Assembly: GCA_039630575.1 (NCBI GenBank)
Contig: JBCNUW010000014.1
Location: 1 to 50,843, forward strand
Reading direction: 5' to 3'
Source: Candidatus Hydrothermales bacterium
GTDB taxonomy: Bacteria; Hydrothermota; Hydrothermia; Hydrothermales; JAJRUZ01
Length of the DNA stretch: 50,843 nt
Of this stretch, positions 28,311 to 38,000 are shown piece after piece (position 1 is the first letter of the stretch; each line of letters opens with the position of its first letter). The position numbers and the translations under genes were made by a program. Below the pieces are notes generated by a model. The model was not told the origin of the DNA and searched no databases. It was given only the letters and a program-made list of their open reading frames with translations.

Positions 28311-29147
28311 GTGGTTAAACTTTTTATCCTCTTTCTCGTTTTTTTGAATCTTTTTAACTGTAAAAAAGCCGAGGAAAAAAAAGTAGTGGGCACACCAATC
28401 GCAAAAGTTGGTAATGTGTATATCACTCAGGAAGATCTTGAAAAAGGTTTACCGCAGTTTGCATATCAGCTTATGGGAGAGGAGCAGAGAAAGGAGTTTT
28501 TACAATATGTTATAGATCTTGTTATTTTTTCACTTGCAGCAGAAAGGGAAGGTATAGATAAAGAAAATATTATCAAGGAGAGGCTCATTTGGGCTAAAAG
28601 ATTAGTTCTTTCTGACGAATACTTTAGAAGAAAAACCCAAAACATAATAGTTACACAAAGTGTTATTGATTCCTTTTATAAGGCTCATGAGAATGATTTT
28701 TTAAAAGAAATAGAATTTGTTTACTTTTTTGTCAATACTTTAAAAGATGCTCAAGATATAAGGGAGATCCTAAAAAAGAGTCCATTTACTCCTAAGTTAG
28801 TTGAGGAGATTGTAACAAAATATAATGCTATAGGAGATGTTACAAGCATCAACAGCGGATATCTCCATCTTGAAATGCTCCCGACTTTTCCAAGAGAGAT
28901 TGCTAAGGCTCTTTTAAACTTATCTATTGGATATGTCTCAGAGGTAATATCTGTTCAAAACCCACCTGGTTTTGCTGTTGTTAAAATATTAAGTTCATCA
29001 CCAACCAAACTTGTAAAAAGAGATATACTTAACGAAATAGGTCAGTATTTACAGTTGACAAAGGTTATGAAAGCTAAAGATTCTATAAGAGAGGAACTTA
29101 AGAAAATTTTCCCTGTTGAAGTTTATACAAAGTTAGGAACCAAATAG
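28311..29147 (+). CDS. PrsA/SurA-like foldase lipoprotein (degenerate parvulin domain)
   Basis: Lipobox-like LFNC; IAKVGNVYITQEDL; IDSFYKAH..F; SEVISV..GFAVVK; SD AAGGAG before GTG. Confidence 0.7.
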   Translation: MVKLFILFLVFLNLFNCKKAEEKKVVGTPIAKVGNVYITQEDLEKGLPQFAYQLMGEEQRKEFLQYVIDLVIFSLAAEREGIDKENIIKERLIWAKRLVLSDEYFRRKTQNIIVTQSVIDSFYKAHENDFLKEIEFVYFFVNTLKDAQDIREILKKSPFTPKLVEEIVTKYNAIGDVTSINSGYLHLEMLPTFPREIAKALLNLSIGYVSEVISVQNPPGFAVVKILSSSPTKLVKRDILNEIGQYLQLTKVMKAKDSIREELKKIFPVEVYTKLGTK

Positions 29148-29157
29148 GTTCAATTCC
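29147..29157 (+). repeat. GGTTCAATTCC T-loop-like motif, copy 2
   Basis: TAGG-TTCAATT-CCTA hairpin (4-bp stem), 23 nt before ATG 29181. Confidence 0.7.
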
Positions 29158-29180
29158 TAAAAGGAAATAAAATAATAAAA

Positions 29181-30026
29181 ATGAAAGTAGGAATCTGTGG
29201 TGCAGGTACAATGGGTAATGGTATTGCCCATGTTTTTTCATTAAATGGTTATGAAGTTATTTTGCAAGATCTTTCTATGGAAATTCTTGATAGAGCAGTT
29301 GACACAATAAAATCAAATATGGATAGACAAATTAAAAAGGGAATAATAGATGAAAATGCCAAAAATGAAGCCCTTAAGAGAATTAAGAAAACTGTTTCCC
29401 TTGATGATCTTCATGATAGTGATCTTATAGTTGAGGCAGTCTTTGAAAATGTAGATGTAAAAAAAGAACTTTTCCAAAAACTTGATAAAATAGTTAAAAA
29501 AGAATCAATTTTTGCTTCAAACACTTCCTCTATATCAATAACCCTTCTTTCTTCCTTTACTAAAAGAGAAGAGAAATTTATAGGAATGCACTTTTTTAAT
29601 CCTGTTCCTGTCATGAAACTTGTTGAAATTGTAAAGGGTTTAAAAACAGATGAAGAAACAGTAAAATTTGTCTATGAACTTGCAAAAAAACTTGGTAAAG
29701 AGCCTGTAATAGTTAATGATTATCCAGGATTTGTTTCAAATAGAGTTTTGATGCCAATGATAAATGAGGCAGTCTATGCACTTATGGAAGGAGTTGCGGG
29801 AAAAGAAGAAATTGATAGGGTTATGAAGTTAGGTATGAATCATCCGATGGGTCCACTTGAGCTTGCTGACCTTATAGGTCTTGATGTATGTTTAAATATT
29901 CTTGAAGTTTTATATAGAGATTTGGGTGATCCGAAATATAGACCTTGTCCACTTCTAAAGAAAATGGTTGAAGCTGGTTTTCTTGGAAGAAAGACTAAAA
30001 AAGGCTTTTATGAATACAAAACTTAA
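29181..30026 (+). CDS. hbd: 3-hydroxybutyryl-CoA dehydrogenase
   Basis: [39 protein letters not shown]. Confidence 0.95.
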   Translation: MKVGICGAGTMGNGIAHVFSLNGYEVILQDLSMEILDRAVDTIKSNMDRQIKKGIIDENAKNEALKRIKKTVSLDDLHDSDLIVEAVFENVDVKKELFQKLDKIVKKESIFASNTSSISITLLSSFTKREEKFIGMHFFNPVPVMKLVEIVKGLKTDEETVKFVYELAKKLGKEPVIVNDYPGFVSNRVLMPMINEAVYALMEGVAGKEEIDRVMKLGMNHPMGPLELADLIGLDVCLNILEVLYRDLGDPKYRPCPLLKKMVEAGFLGRKTKKGFYEYKT

Positions 30027-30038
30027 AGGATTTTCCTG

Positions 30039-30676
30039 ATGGGAAAATAAGTTTTATAAAGTTAAGGAATTATCAATTAAAACTAGCTAAGAAAGTAAGG
30101 TTAGAAAAGGTAAATTTAGAGAGGATAAAACTTTATGGTGCCATTGATGTAGCTTATAGGGGAAAAAAGGCAAAGGGTGCCTTTGTTATTTATGATGATG
30201 AATTGAAAAAATTTATATATGAAGACTTTATAGAAAAAGAAGTTAAATTTCCTTATATTCCAACTTTTCTTTCTTTTAGAGAGATTCCGGTTTTAAAGGA
30301 GCTTTATAAAAGGGCAAAAGTAAAACCTGAAGTTTTATTTATTGATGGTCAAGGAATTCTTCATCCTGCCTTTTGTGGTATTGCTACCCATTTTGGTGTA
30401 CTATTTAATGTTATTACAGTTGGAATAGCGAAGAAAAAACTTGAAGGATTTTTAGAAAAAGAACCGGAAAATGAAATGGATTATGCACCTTTATATTTTA
30501 ATGGTAAAATTTGTGGGTACTGCTTAAGACTTTCAGAGGGTAAAAATTTTTTATGGATCTCTCCTGGAAACCTTATAACACCCGAAGATGCTCTTTTTGT
30601 TACCTTAAAATTTATAAAAAATGGTTCCCATATTCTAATGAAGAGGGCAGATGCTTTAACTAAAAAAGATTTTTAA
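30039..30676 (+). CDS. nfi: Endonuclease V; 5' end apparently requires a frameshift or non-canonical start
   Basis: FPYIPTFLSFRE, IDGQGILHP..CGIATH, GIAKK. The same frame upstream of 30203 encodes QLKLAKKV...YGAIDVAY (catalytic Asp) but has no ATG/GTG/TTG back to the stop at 30011-30013. Start coordinate is my best guess. Confidence 0.8.
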
Positions 30677-30700
30677 AAACTTTTATTTTATAATTTTTAT

Positions 30701-31096
30701 ATGGAAAGAACTCTTCTTGTTATAAAACCTGATGCAGTTGAAAGAAATCTTATAGGTAAGATTATATCAATGTGTGAGGAGAATGGTTTTAAAATTTTAA
30801 ATATAAAAATGGAGAAGATGACAAGAGAAAAAGCTGAAAGCTTTTATATAGCTCATAAACATAAACCCTTTTTTAAAAATCTCATTGAGTATATAACAGA
30901 AAAAGAAGTTGTTGCACTTATTTTAGAAGGTGAAAAGGCAATAGAAAGACTGAGGGAACTTGTGGGAGCTACTGATCCAAAAGAGGCAAGACCAGGGACA
31001 ATAAGATATATAATGGGAATTGATGTAACAAGGAATTCTGTTCATGCTTCAGATTCAAAGGAAAGTTTTGAGTTTGAGGTGAAGCACTTTTTTTAA
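30701..31096 (+). CDS. ndk: Nucleoside-diphosphate kinase
   Basis: ERTLLVIKPDA, GATDP..A.PGTIR, NSVHASDS. Confidence 0.96.
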   Translation: MERTLLVIKPDAVERNLIGKIISMCEENGFKILNIKMEKMTREKAESFYIAHKHKPFFKNLIEYITEKEVVALILEGEKAIERLRELVGATDPKEARPGTIRYIMGIDVTRNSVHASDSKESFEFEVKHFF

Positions 31097-32349
31097 TGCA
31101 TTTTTCTCAGATTTTTTTCCCAATATTAAAAAAAGAAATAGATGAAATTTTTAAATTCAAAAGGGTAAAAAATACTTTTTTAAAAGATAAAAAGATCTTT
31201 ATAATCTTTGAAAACAATTTAGCCTTAATGGTTTCACTACACCCAGAGATTTATTACTTTTTACCTACTGATGAACAGGTTGGTAAATTTGAAAAGGAAA
31301 AAGAATTTCCCTATATAAAAGATTTTTTATATAAAGATTCTGAAATTTTAGAGGGAGAGAGAGTTTTTTTTATAAATTTTATTAAAAAAAATCCCTTGGG
31401 AGAGATAGAAGAAAGAAAACTTGTTATTGATTTTACAAAAAGAGCAAGAGATCTTTTAATTTTAAAAGATAATAGAGTAATTTATTCCTTTAGAAAAAAG
31501 AAGGAGTTTAATCTCTCATTCTCTCAAAAACCTCATTTCTTTAAAGAACCCTTTGATGAGGAGTTTAAAGAGAAACTCATAAAAGACTTTAGTGGTTTCT
31601 TCTTTGTTGATAAAAATTTAAGGTTAACTCTTAAAAGATCTGATGATTCTGAATGTTTTGATAAATTATACAAGGCACTTTTGTACATATATAGACTTAT
31701 AGAAAAAAATATTGAAGAAAAAAAAAGTTTAAAAAAATTTAGTGTGAAAGATAACAATTTAAATAATATAAAGGTAGATCCTGAAATTTATAAAATTAAA
31801 GCAGAGGCAATCCTTATAAATTTAAAAGAGATAAAAGATAAAAAGGGATTAATTTTGCTAAAACATCCTGAAAAAGGCGAAATTGAAGTGGAAATAAAGC
31901 ACATCGAAACACCCCAAAAAGCAGCTGAGAGATATTTTAATAAATATAAAAAGTTAAAAAGAAAAGAAGAAATAGAAAAAGTTTTAGACAAAATTAAAGA
32001 AGAAAAAAGTTTACCTTATAAAGTTTACATTTCACCTTCTGGTTTTAAAGTTCTTGTATCTAAAAGTGTTGAAAAAGCAAACGAGCTTACCTTTAAATTA
32101 GCAAAACCATGGGATTATTTTTTTCATCTTAAGGAATTACCTTCAGCACATGTTATATTAAAAAGAGAAAAAAATCAGAAAATAAAGGAAGAAGATATAA
32201 GGTTTGCTGCAGAAGTTACAAAAAGGCATAGTAAGTTAAAGGAAAATGAAAAGGCTTTAGTTTTATATACATTAAGAAAGTATGTTAAACCAGTAAAGGG
32301 AAAAAAGGGAGCTGTAAAAGTTTTAAGGGAAAATGTTATTTTTCTGTGA
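31096..32349 (+). CDS. NFACT/RqcH (FbpA)-like protein with C-terminal NFACT-R (DUF814) domain
   Basis: AERYFNKYKKLKR, ANELTFKLA..WDYFFH....SAHVIL, YTLRKYVKP..G..GAV. Confidence 0.8.
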   Translation: MHFSQIFFPILKKEIDEIFKFKRVKNTFLKDKKIFIIFENNLALMVSLHPEIYYFLPTDEQVGKFEKEKEFPYIKDFLYKDSEILEGERVFFINFIKKNPLGEIEERKLVIDFTKRARDLLILKDNRVIYSFRKKKEFNLSFSQKPHFFKEPFDEEFKEKLIKDFSGFFFVDKNLRLTLKRSDDSECFDKLYKALLYIYRLIEKNIEEKKSLKKFSVKDNNLNNIKVDPEIYKIKAEAILINLKEIKDKKGLILLKHPEKGEIEVEIKHIETPQKAAERYFNKYKKLKRKEEIEKVLDKIKEEKSLPYKVYISPSGFKVLVSKSVEKANELTFKLAKPWDYFFHLKELPSAHVILKREKNQKIKEEDIRFAAEVTKRHSKLKENEKALVLYTLRKYVKPVKGKKGAVKVLRENVIFL

Positions 32350-32984
32350 TGAAATTTCTTATAATTTCTAAGAGTCTTTTTATATTTTTTAATTTAAAAA
32401 ATTTCTATGTAAAAGTTTTTCCTCCAGAAACACTTAAGCTAGAGGAATACATAAATTTTAAGGATGTAAAAAGTGACGGATTTTTTGTATACTTTTTAAC
32501 ACATAATAACAAGGTAGTTAAGGTTAATCCCTATAAGGGTATTCAAAAAAGTGAATTTACTCTAAATTCACTTACCTATGCAACTTTCTTTGATGTTACT
32601 GAAAGAAATAATTATTACTTTTATATATCCAAAGGGAGTATTCCTAAAGTTTTGAAAATTAAATTTTCTCCCTTTGATTCTTCATACTATTTTTTTGACA
32701 TAGATGAAAGAGTTTTAGATTTTTTTGTAATTGAGGACAGTTTTTTCATCTTTGTTTTTAAGGAAAAAATACATATATATAAAAAACTAAATCTCTTTAG
32801 AGAATTTAAAAAAAGTTATAAAAATTACTTTAAACTAAAGGATGAATTCTATGTATACTCTGGAGATACCCTCTTTTCATTAATTAAAAATATAAAAAAA
32901 GAATATAAGGGCAATTTTGAACTTTTATTTAAAACTGAAGGAAATGAAATAGTTTATAAAGATAATTTTTGGAGTTTAAGATGA
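32346..32984 (+). CDS. Hypothetical protein (beta-rich, possibly propeller-like)
   Basis: ORF overlaps both neighbours by 4 nt; no recognised motif. Confidence 0.55.
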   Translation: MMKFLIISKSLFIFFNLKNFYVKVFPPETLKLEEYINFKDVKSDGFFVYFLTHNNKVVKVNPYKGIQKSEFTLNSLTYATFFDVTERNNYYFYISKGSIPKVLKIKFSPFDSSYYFFDIDERVLDFFVIEDSFFIFVFKEKIHIYKKLNLFREFKKSYKNYFKLKDEFYVYSGDTLFSLIKNIKKEYKGNFELLFKTEGNEIVYKDNFWSLR

Positions 32985-35959
32985 TATTATTAACTATTTT
33001 TTTAGTCTCTGATACTAATCTTTATTATGAGTTTAAAAGAGAAATAATAACCTTTGAAAAACCCTTTGCTTTTCTTACATCTCCAATTTTAAATTCGATA
33101 ACTCTTTACAGAAAAAATGACACAGTTCCGTATACTCTGAAAGGTGACACCCTTTTCCCCCTTTTACCTGTGAGTTTAAATGATACCCTTTTTTTAGAAT
33201 ATAGGTCATTTTTTTATAGAAAAGACACAACAGTTTTAGAAGTGAAGTTTTTTTCAGAATTAAAGGAGGAAAGGGAGGAAAAATTAGTTAGAAAAAATGA
33301 AGTATCTGAAGGTGTTGAAATAAAAGGTGAGAAAACTTTTTCATTTTTATATTCAGATAAGGGCTTTAAAATTGACCAAAAAATAAGTTTTGAAGTTGAG
33401 GGTAAATTAACAGAGGATTACTTTATAAAGGGTAAAATTACTGATGAATCTTATCCGGAAGGTGAAAGTTTCACAAGGACTTTAAGTGAACTTGAAGAGG
33501 CAAGTATAAATCTTGAAGGATCAAACATAAAGGCAAGGATAGGGGAGTTTACTTTAAAATCAGGAATTAATGAAAAATTTAAAAAAGAACTTCTTGGACT
33601 TGAATTTAACTACATAGATGGGAAAAATTCTGTTGATTTTGTATTAGGTTATCCAAAGGGTGTATTTAGGACTTTTTATGTAGACCTTAAAGATGAGAAT
33701 TCAAATACCTTTTTAATTGTTGATCCTTTAAAGGAGAGAATTGTTCCAGGTTCTGAGAGGGTTTTTCTTGATGGTGTGCTTTTAAAAAGGGGAAGAGAGT
33801 TTGATTATATAGTTGATTATACAAATGGAACAATAACATTGACACAGAATGTCAGTTATTCTTTAAATTCAAAGTTAAGGGTTGATTTTGAGGTATTAAG
33901 GGAAGGCTATAGCAGTTATTTTCTATTTTCAGAGTATGGAAGGAAATTAAGGGGATTTGATTTAAATCTTATGTATTTAAATGAAAGTGATATACCTTCA
34001 ATGCCAAAGTTTTTTTTAACTGAAAGTGATAAAAATTTTTTAAAAAATTTATCAGATACATCTTGGATTTTGTTGAGTGGAATAAATTATGTTGATTCAG
34101 GTAAAGGAGATTATATTTTAAAAAATGATACTGTTTTTTATGTGGGAGAAAACAAGGGTAACATATCTCCGAGTTTTGTTTTTGTTGGTCCTTTGAAAGG
34201 TGATTATGATTATGTTGATGGTAAAAATTATTTTTTATTTGTCGGAAAGGATAGGGGTTCTTACAAATTAGGAAGGTGGGCAATTTTACCTCGAAGGAAT
34301 CAGAATTTAATTTTAAATTTAAATTTTAAAAAGGGGTCTGTTAAGTTTGATTACCTTTCTGGATTTTCATTTTTTTCACCGAACCTTTTTAAAAGGGATC
34401 TTATGGTAGGTTTTTTTAACGATTTTAAATTAAATTTGGAAAAAAACAGGTTAGGATTTGATATAAATTTTTTAAATAGAAGAGATTTTCGTTCGTTTTT
34501 TAGAATTTATGAAGAAAACTTTTTTTATTTTTGGGGTAAATCTGTAAAGGGAAACTTTTACGATTTCAGAATAAAACCTTACTTTAGGTTAAAGGAAAAT
34601 ACAAAATTTTATTACAGTTATGCTCTTTTAAAAGGAGAAGATTTTTTAATTAATAAAAATTCTTTTGGTTATTCTTTATTTTATAAATTTTTAAAGACAA
34701 CTGATTTTGAGTTTTTGAATATCAAAAAAAAAGATTTAAAAAGGTTTACCCTCTATGTTGAAAAACCACAGAAGGTTTCACCCTTTTACTCATATTTTTT
34801 TGAAATAGATACAATTAAAACAAAGAAAGTAAAGGAAGGAGGCGGGTTTAAAGTTAATTTAAAGAATTATAACTTTATTTACGAAATTATCTCTTTTAGA
34901 TTAAAGAGTGTAAGGGAGCTTAAGAATAATTTTAAGTTTAGCTTTATTTTTCCTAAATTGAATTTTAGATTTAATTCAAGTTTTGTTAATTTTAAAGATT
35001 CCTTAAGTAAAAGGAAAGATTTTAATTATTTTTTTGAATCAAATATATATCCCAAAAGTGGAGTATCTCTGTCATTTTTGTCTAGCCTGATGAGAAAAAA
35101 TGCTATAAGAAAGATTGTTGAGTATATAAAAGTTCCAGAGGGAAGGGGGACTTTTAGTTACGATTCAGTGAACAATACCTATTATCCTGATCCTGATGGT
35201 TCATTTATAAAGAGAGTTAGGGAGATTCCAGTTGGTTTTGGTCTTTTAAAAAATGAAAATGATCTTTCAACCTCCTTTAATTTTGATAAATTCTTTTATA
35301 GTAGTAATTTTTCTTTTAAATGGGAAAAGGGTGTTGAGTCAAAAAATTACCTCTATTTTACAAATTATCTAAATTTTTATCTATTTTTAAATCCCTTTTT
35401 AAATTCGGTTTATTTAAAAGAAATAAATAAACTATTTGACGGCTACTTTATGAACGGAGTTTTTGACATAATGATTGGTTTGAGAAGAAATTACAATAAA
35501 ATAATTTTAGAGTTATCTTTTGGTTACAAAAATGAAACCTTTGAAGAGTTAAATATCTTTTATAAAAAGATATCACCATATCTTATAATTTCTCCTCTTT
35601 TTGTTAACAGTAAAAGAAATTTAAAGTTAAATTTAAAATCAGGTTTATCAAACTTCTATTATTTAAAACCTATTGTTGAAAAAGCTAATTTGCCTTATAT
35701 GGAGTTTTCTTTTAATTATTCTTCTGAGTTTCTTTTTAAAACAAAAATTTATAATGATTTTTCACTTGTTTTGAAAAAATCTTATGATAAAAGTTTTTCT
35801 TCAAATTTTGAAAAGGATAAATGGAGATATATAAGTATTTTAAGGATTGAAAAGAATATAACAGCAAACACACTTTTTATTCTTAAAGGGGAATTTAGAA
35901 AAGGTTCCTTTTCAAAAGCCTTTTACAACATTTATCTCGAGACAAAACTTTTATTTTAA
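32981..35959 (+). CDS. Large hypothetical outer-membrane beta-barrel protein with SprA-like insert
   Basis: ATG 32981 overlaps the previous stop (ATGA); IVPGSERVFLDGVLLKRG..DYIVDYTNGTIT; long aromatic beta-strand region ending in F. Confidence 0.65.
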   Translation: MILLTIFLVSDTNLYYEFKREIITFEKPFAFLTSPILNSITLYRKNDTVPYTLKGDTLFPLLPVSLNDTLFLEYRSFFYRKDTTVLEVKFFSELKEEREEKLVRKNEVSEGVEIKGEKTFSFLYSDKGFKIDQKISFEVEGKLTEDYFIKGKITDESYPEGESFTRTLSELEEASINLEGSNIKARIGEFTLKSGINEKFKKELLGLEFNYIDGKNSVDFVLGYPKGVFRTFYVDLKDENSNTFLIVDPLKERIVPGSERVFLDGVLLKRGREFDYIVDYTNGTITLTQNVSYSLNSKLRVDFEVLREGYSSYFLFSEYGRKLRGFDLNLMYLNESDIPSMPKFFLTESDKNFLKNLSDTSWILLSGINYVDSGKGDYILKNDTVFYVGENKGNISPSFVFVGPLKGDYDYVDGKNYFLFVGKDRGSYKLGRWAILPRRNQNLILNLNFKKGSVKFDYLSGFSFFSPNLFKRDLMVGFFNDFKLNLEKNRLGFDINFLNRRDFRSFFRIYEENFFYFWGKSVKGNFYDFRIKPYFRLKENTKFYYSYALLKGEDFLINKNSFGYSLFYKFLKTTDFEFLNIKKKDLKRFTLYVEKPQKVSPFYSYFFEIDTIKTKKVKEGGGFKVNLKNYNFIYEIISFRLKSVRELKNNFKFSFIFPKLNFRFNSSFVNFKDSLSKRKDFNYFFESNIYPKSGVSLSFLSSLMRKNAIRKIVEYIKVPEGRGTFSYDSVNNTYYPDPDGSFIKRVREIPVGFGLLKNENDLSTSFNFDKFFYSSNFSFKWEKGVESKNYLYFTNYLNFYLFLNPFLNSVYLKEINKLFDGYFMNGVFDIMIGLRRNYNKIILELSFGYKNETFEELNIFYKKISPYLIISPLFVNSKRNLKLNLKSGLSNFYYLKPIVEKANLPYMEFSFNYSSEFLFKTKIYNDFSLVLKKSYDKSFSSNFEKDKWRYISILRIEKNITANTLFILKGEFRKGSFSKAFYNIYLETKLLF

Positions 35960-37455
35960 ATTTCAAAACCTACCGGACATTCTCTAAGAGAACTTAAGTT
36001 TTCTTCACTTATTTTTAAATTACCTTTTATTTTACCAATAAAAATTTCTCCTCTTGTAGACTTATCTTCTCTTAAAAATTTTTTGTAACTTTCTGAATAG
36101 AGATTACAAACTCCACAAAGAACACATAGTTTATTTTTTTCTCCTGGATCAAATTTATTTGGTTTGAGCTTACCTTCAATCTTTAGGGGATTAAATAGAT
36201 CATATGGATCCAAAGAACTTTTAATTTTTTCCATTACAATATATTCTTTGAATCTTTTTGTGTAATCTATATACTTTATACCAAAACCATGTTCACCAGT
36301 TACAGTTCCTTCAATTGAAAGCACAAAATCACAAATTTTCTCTTTTACTTTTTCTGCAGAATTTTCTTCACCTTTACTGAATATGATACTTGTATGAATG
36401 TTACCGTCTCCGTAGTGTCCGTAGGGAATTATTTTTAACTTATCTTCCTTTTCAATTTTTCTGTAGAAAGAAAAAAGATCGTCTAATTTTGAAATAGGAA
36501 CTGTTACATCTATTGATTTCTTTTTTCCTTTTAGAGTCCACATCATGTTTGAATATTTTCTTCTTAAGGAAATAATTTCTTTTTCCTTTTCTTGGTTTTC
36601 AGGGACTATTGTTTCTTCTTTGAATTTATTTTTTATTTCTTCTACTACTTCTTGAACTTTTGATTTTTCACCTTCAATTTCAAGCCAAAGAATTATTTTG
36701 TCATAAAATTCAAGTATTTCACAGAGACTGATATCTTCTTTTTTTATGATTTCCTTCGAGGCTTTGAAAATTTTTTCCTTTTTTTCTGACTCAATCAGTA
36801 TATTTTTTCTATATTGAGGTAACTTTTTTACTTTTAAATGAAAATCGATTAAAAATCCAAGAGTTCCCTCTGAGCCAACAAAAATTTCATTTATTGAATA
36901 AAAGAGTTTATTTTTCTTTAAAAATCCATTTGTTTTTAAAAGAGTTGTATCTGAAAGTAAAACAGTAATTCCCTTTACGTAATTTATTGTAACACCATAT
37001 TTTAAAGCTCTTGGTCCACCTGCATTTGTAGCAACTGTTCCTGCTATTGATGCTACATCGCTTGAAGCAGGATCAGGTGGGTAAAAGTATCCATAGTTTT
37101 TAAGAAAATTGTTAATTTCATCTATTGTATAACCTGGATCACAAAAAATTATCTCATCTTCTTCGTAAAATTCTATTTTTTCCTTTATTCTTTCAATACT
37201 TACAACAACACTTTGAGGGTGGGGAACACAACCACCACTTCTTCCTGTAGCTCTTCCGCGAGGAGTAATTGGAATTTTTTTCTCAAGAAGTAAACTTACC
37301 ACATCTATGAGTTTGTTTTTTTCTTTTGGAACAAATACAGCTTTGGGGACAGAGTAAAAAAAGGATGTGTCAAAGGAGTATGCCAAAAGTACATCTTCTT
37401 CAATAAAAAATTCATCTGGAAATTTTTTCTTTAGTTCTTTTAAAATTTTATCCAT
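35956..37455 (-). CDS. FAD-linked oxidoreductase (GlcD/D-lactate dehydrogenase family) with partial C-terminal Fe-S segment
   Basis: PPDPASS, NAGG...KYGVT, GSEGTLG, GHYGDGNIH, GEHGFG; tail CVLCGVC...ECPVG. Confidence 0.88.
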   Translation of the reverse strand: MDKILKELKKKFPDEFFIEEDVLLAYSFDTSFFYSVPKAVFVPKEKNKLIDVVSLLLEKKIPITPRGRATGRSGGCVPHPQSVVVSIERIKEKIEFYEEDEIIFCDPGYTIDEINNFLKNYGYFYPPDPASSDVASIAGTVATNAGGPRALKYGVTINYVKGITVLLSDTTLLKTNGFLKKNKLFYSINEIFVGSEGTLGFLIDFHLKVKKLPQYRKNILIESEKKEKIFKASKEIIKKEDISLCEILEFYDKIILWLEIEGEKSKVQEVVEEIKNKFKEETIVPENQEKEKEIISLRRKYSNMMWTLKGKKKSIDVTVPISKLDDLFSFYRKIEKEDKLKIIPYGHYGDGNIHTSIIFSKGEENSAEKVKEKICDFVLSIEGTVTGEHGFGIKYIDYTKRFKEYIVMEKIKSSLDPYDLFNPLKIEGKLKPNKFDPGEKNKLCVLCGVCNLYSESYKKFLREDKSTRGEIFIGKIKGNLKISEENLSSLRECPVGFEI

Positions 37456-37460
37456 TTTTA

Positions 37461-38000
37461 TTACATGTATTTTGTTATAGTTAAAAAAGTTAAAAAAATG
37501 TTTTTAAATTGATCAAAGGGAAGTTTTAGAAATGGAATCATGAATTCTGAGTATTCCTCTGTTAAAAGTCTTTTTAAATTTTCCTTGGGGAAGAAGTTAT
37601 TTTCTTTTTCTATTTTTTTTATTAAAACACTTTTTAAATTTTTGGATATAACTTTTTTATCCTTTAATCCTGAAAGTTTTCCTTTATTGAGGAAAAGACC
37701 GTTACATTTCTTACATAAAAGGAAAATGTATTCTTTATGTATTGGATTTAAGTATTTTTTCATATTTTTGTTACACTTTGGACAGGAAAAATTTTTTCTA
37801 TTCTGAAGTGGGAAGCAAGCTTTTAAAAGGGGAATGTAAACTTCTTGTAGGTTATTATTTTCCTTAGTTTTTTTAGGATTTGAAATATCTTCAAAAAAAA
37901 GTCCCCCACATTGAAAGCATTGGTAAGTTATTTCATAAACTTCAAAAAAATTTTTGAATTTTTTTTTATTTAAATCTATCTTACAGAAGGGACATTTCAT
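37461..38000 (-). CDS. Double zinc-ribbon (zf-TFIIB-like) protein
   Basis: CPFC...CFQCGGLFF and CPKC...CKKCNGLFL. Confidence 0.75.
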   Translation of the reverse strand: MKCPFCKIDLNKKKFKNFFEVYEITYQCFQCGGLFFEDISNPKKTKENNNLQEVYIPLLKACFPLQNRKNFSCPKCNKNMKKYLNPIHKEYIFLLCKKCNGLFLNKGKLSGLKDKKVISKNLKSVLIKKIEKENNFFPKENLKRLLTEEYSEFMIPFLKLPFDQFKNIFLTFLTITKYM

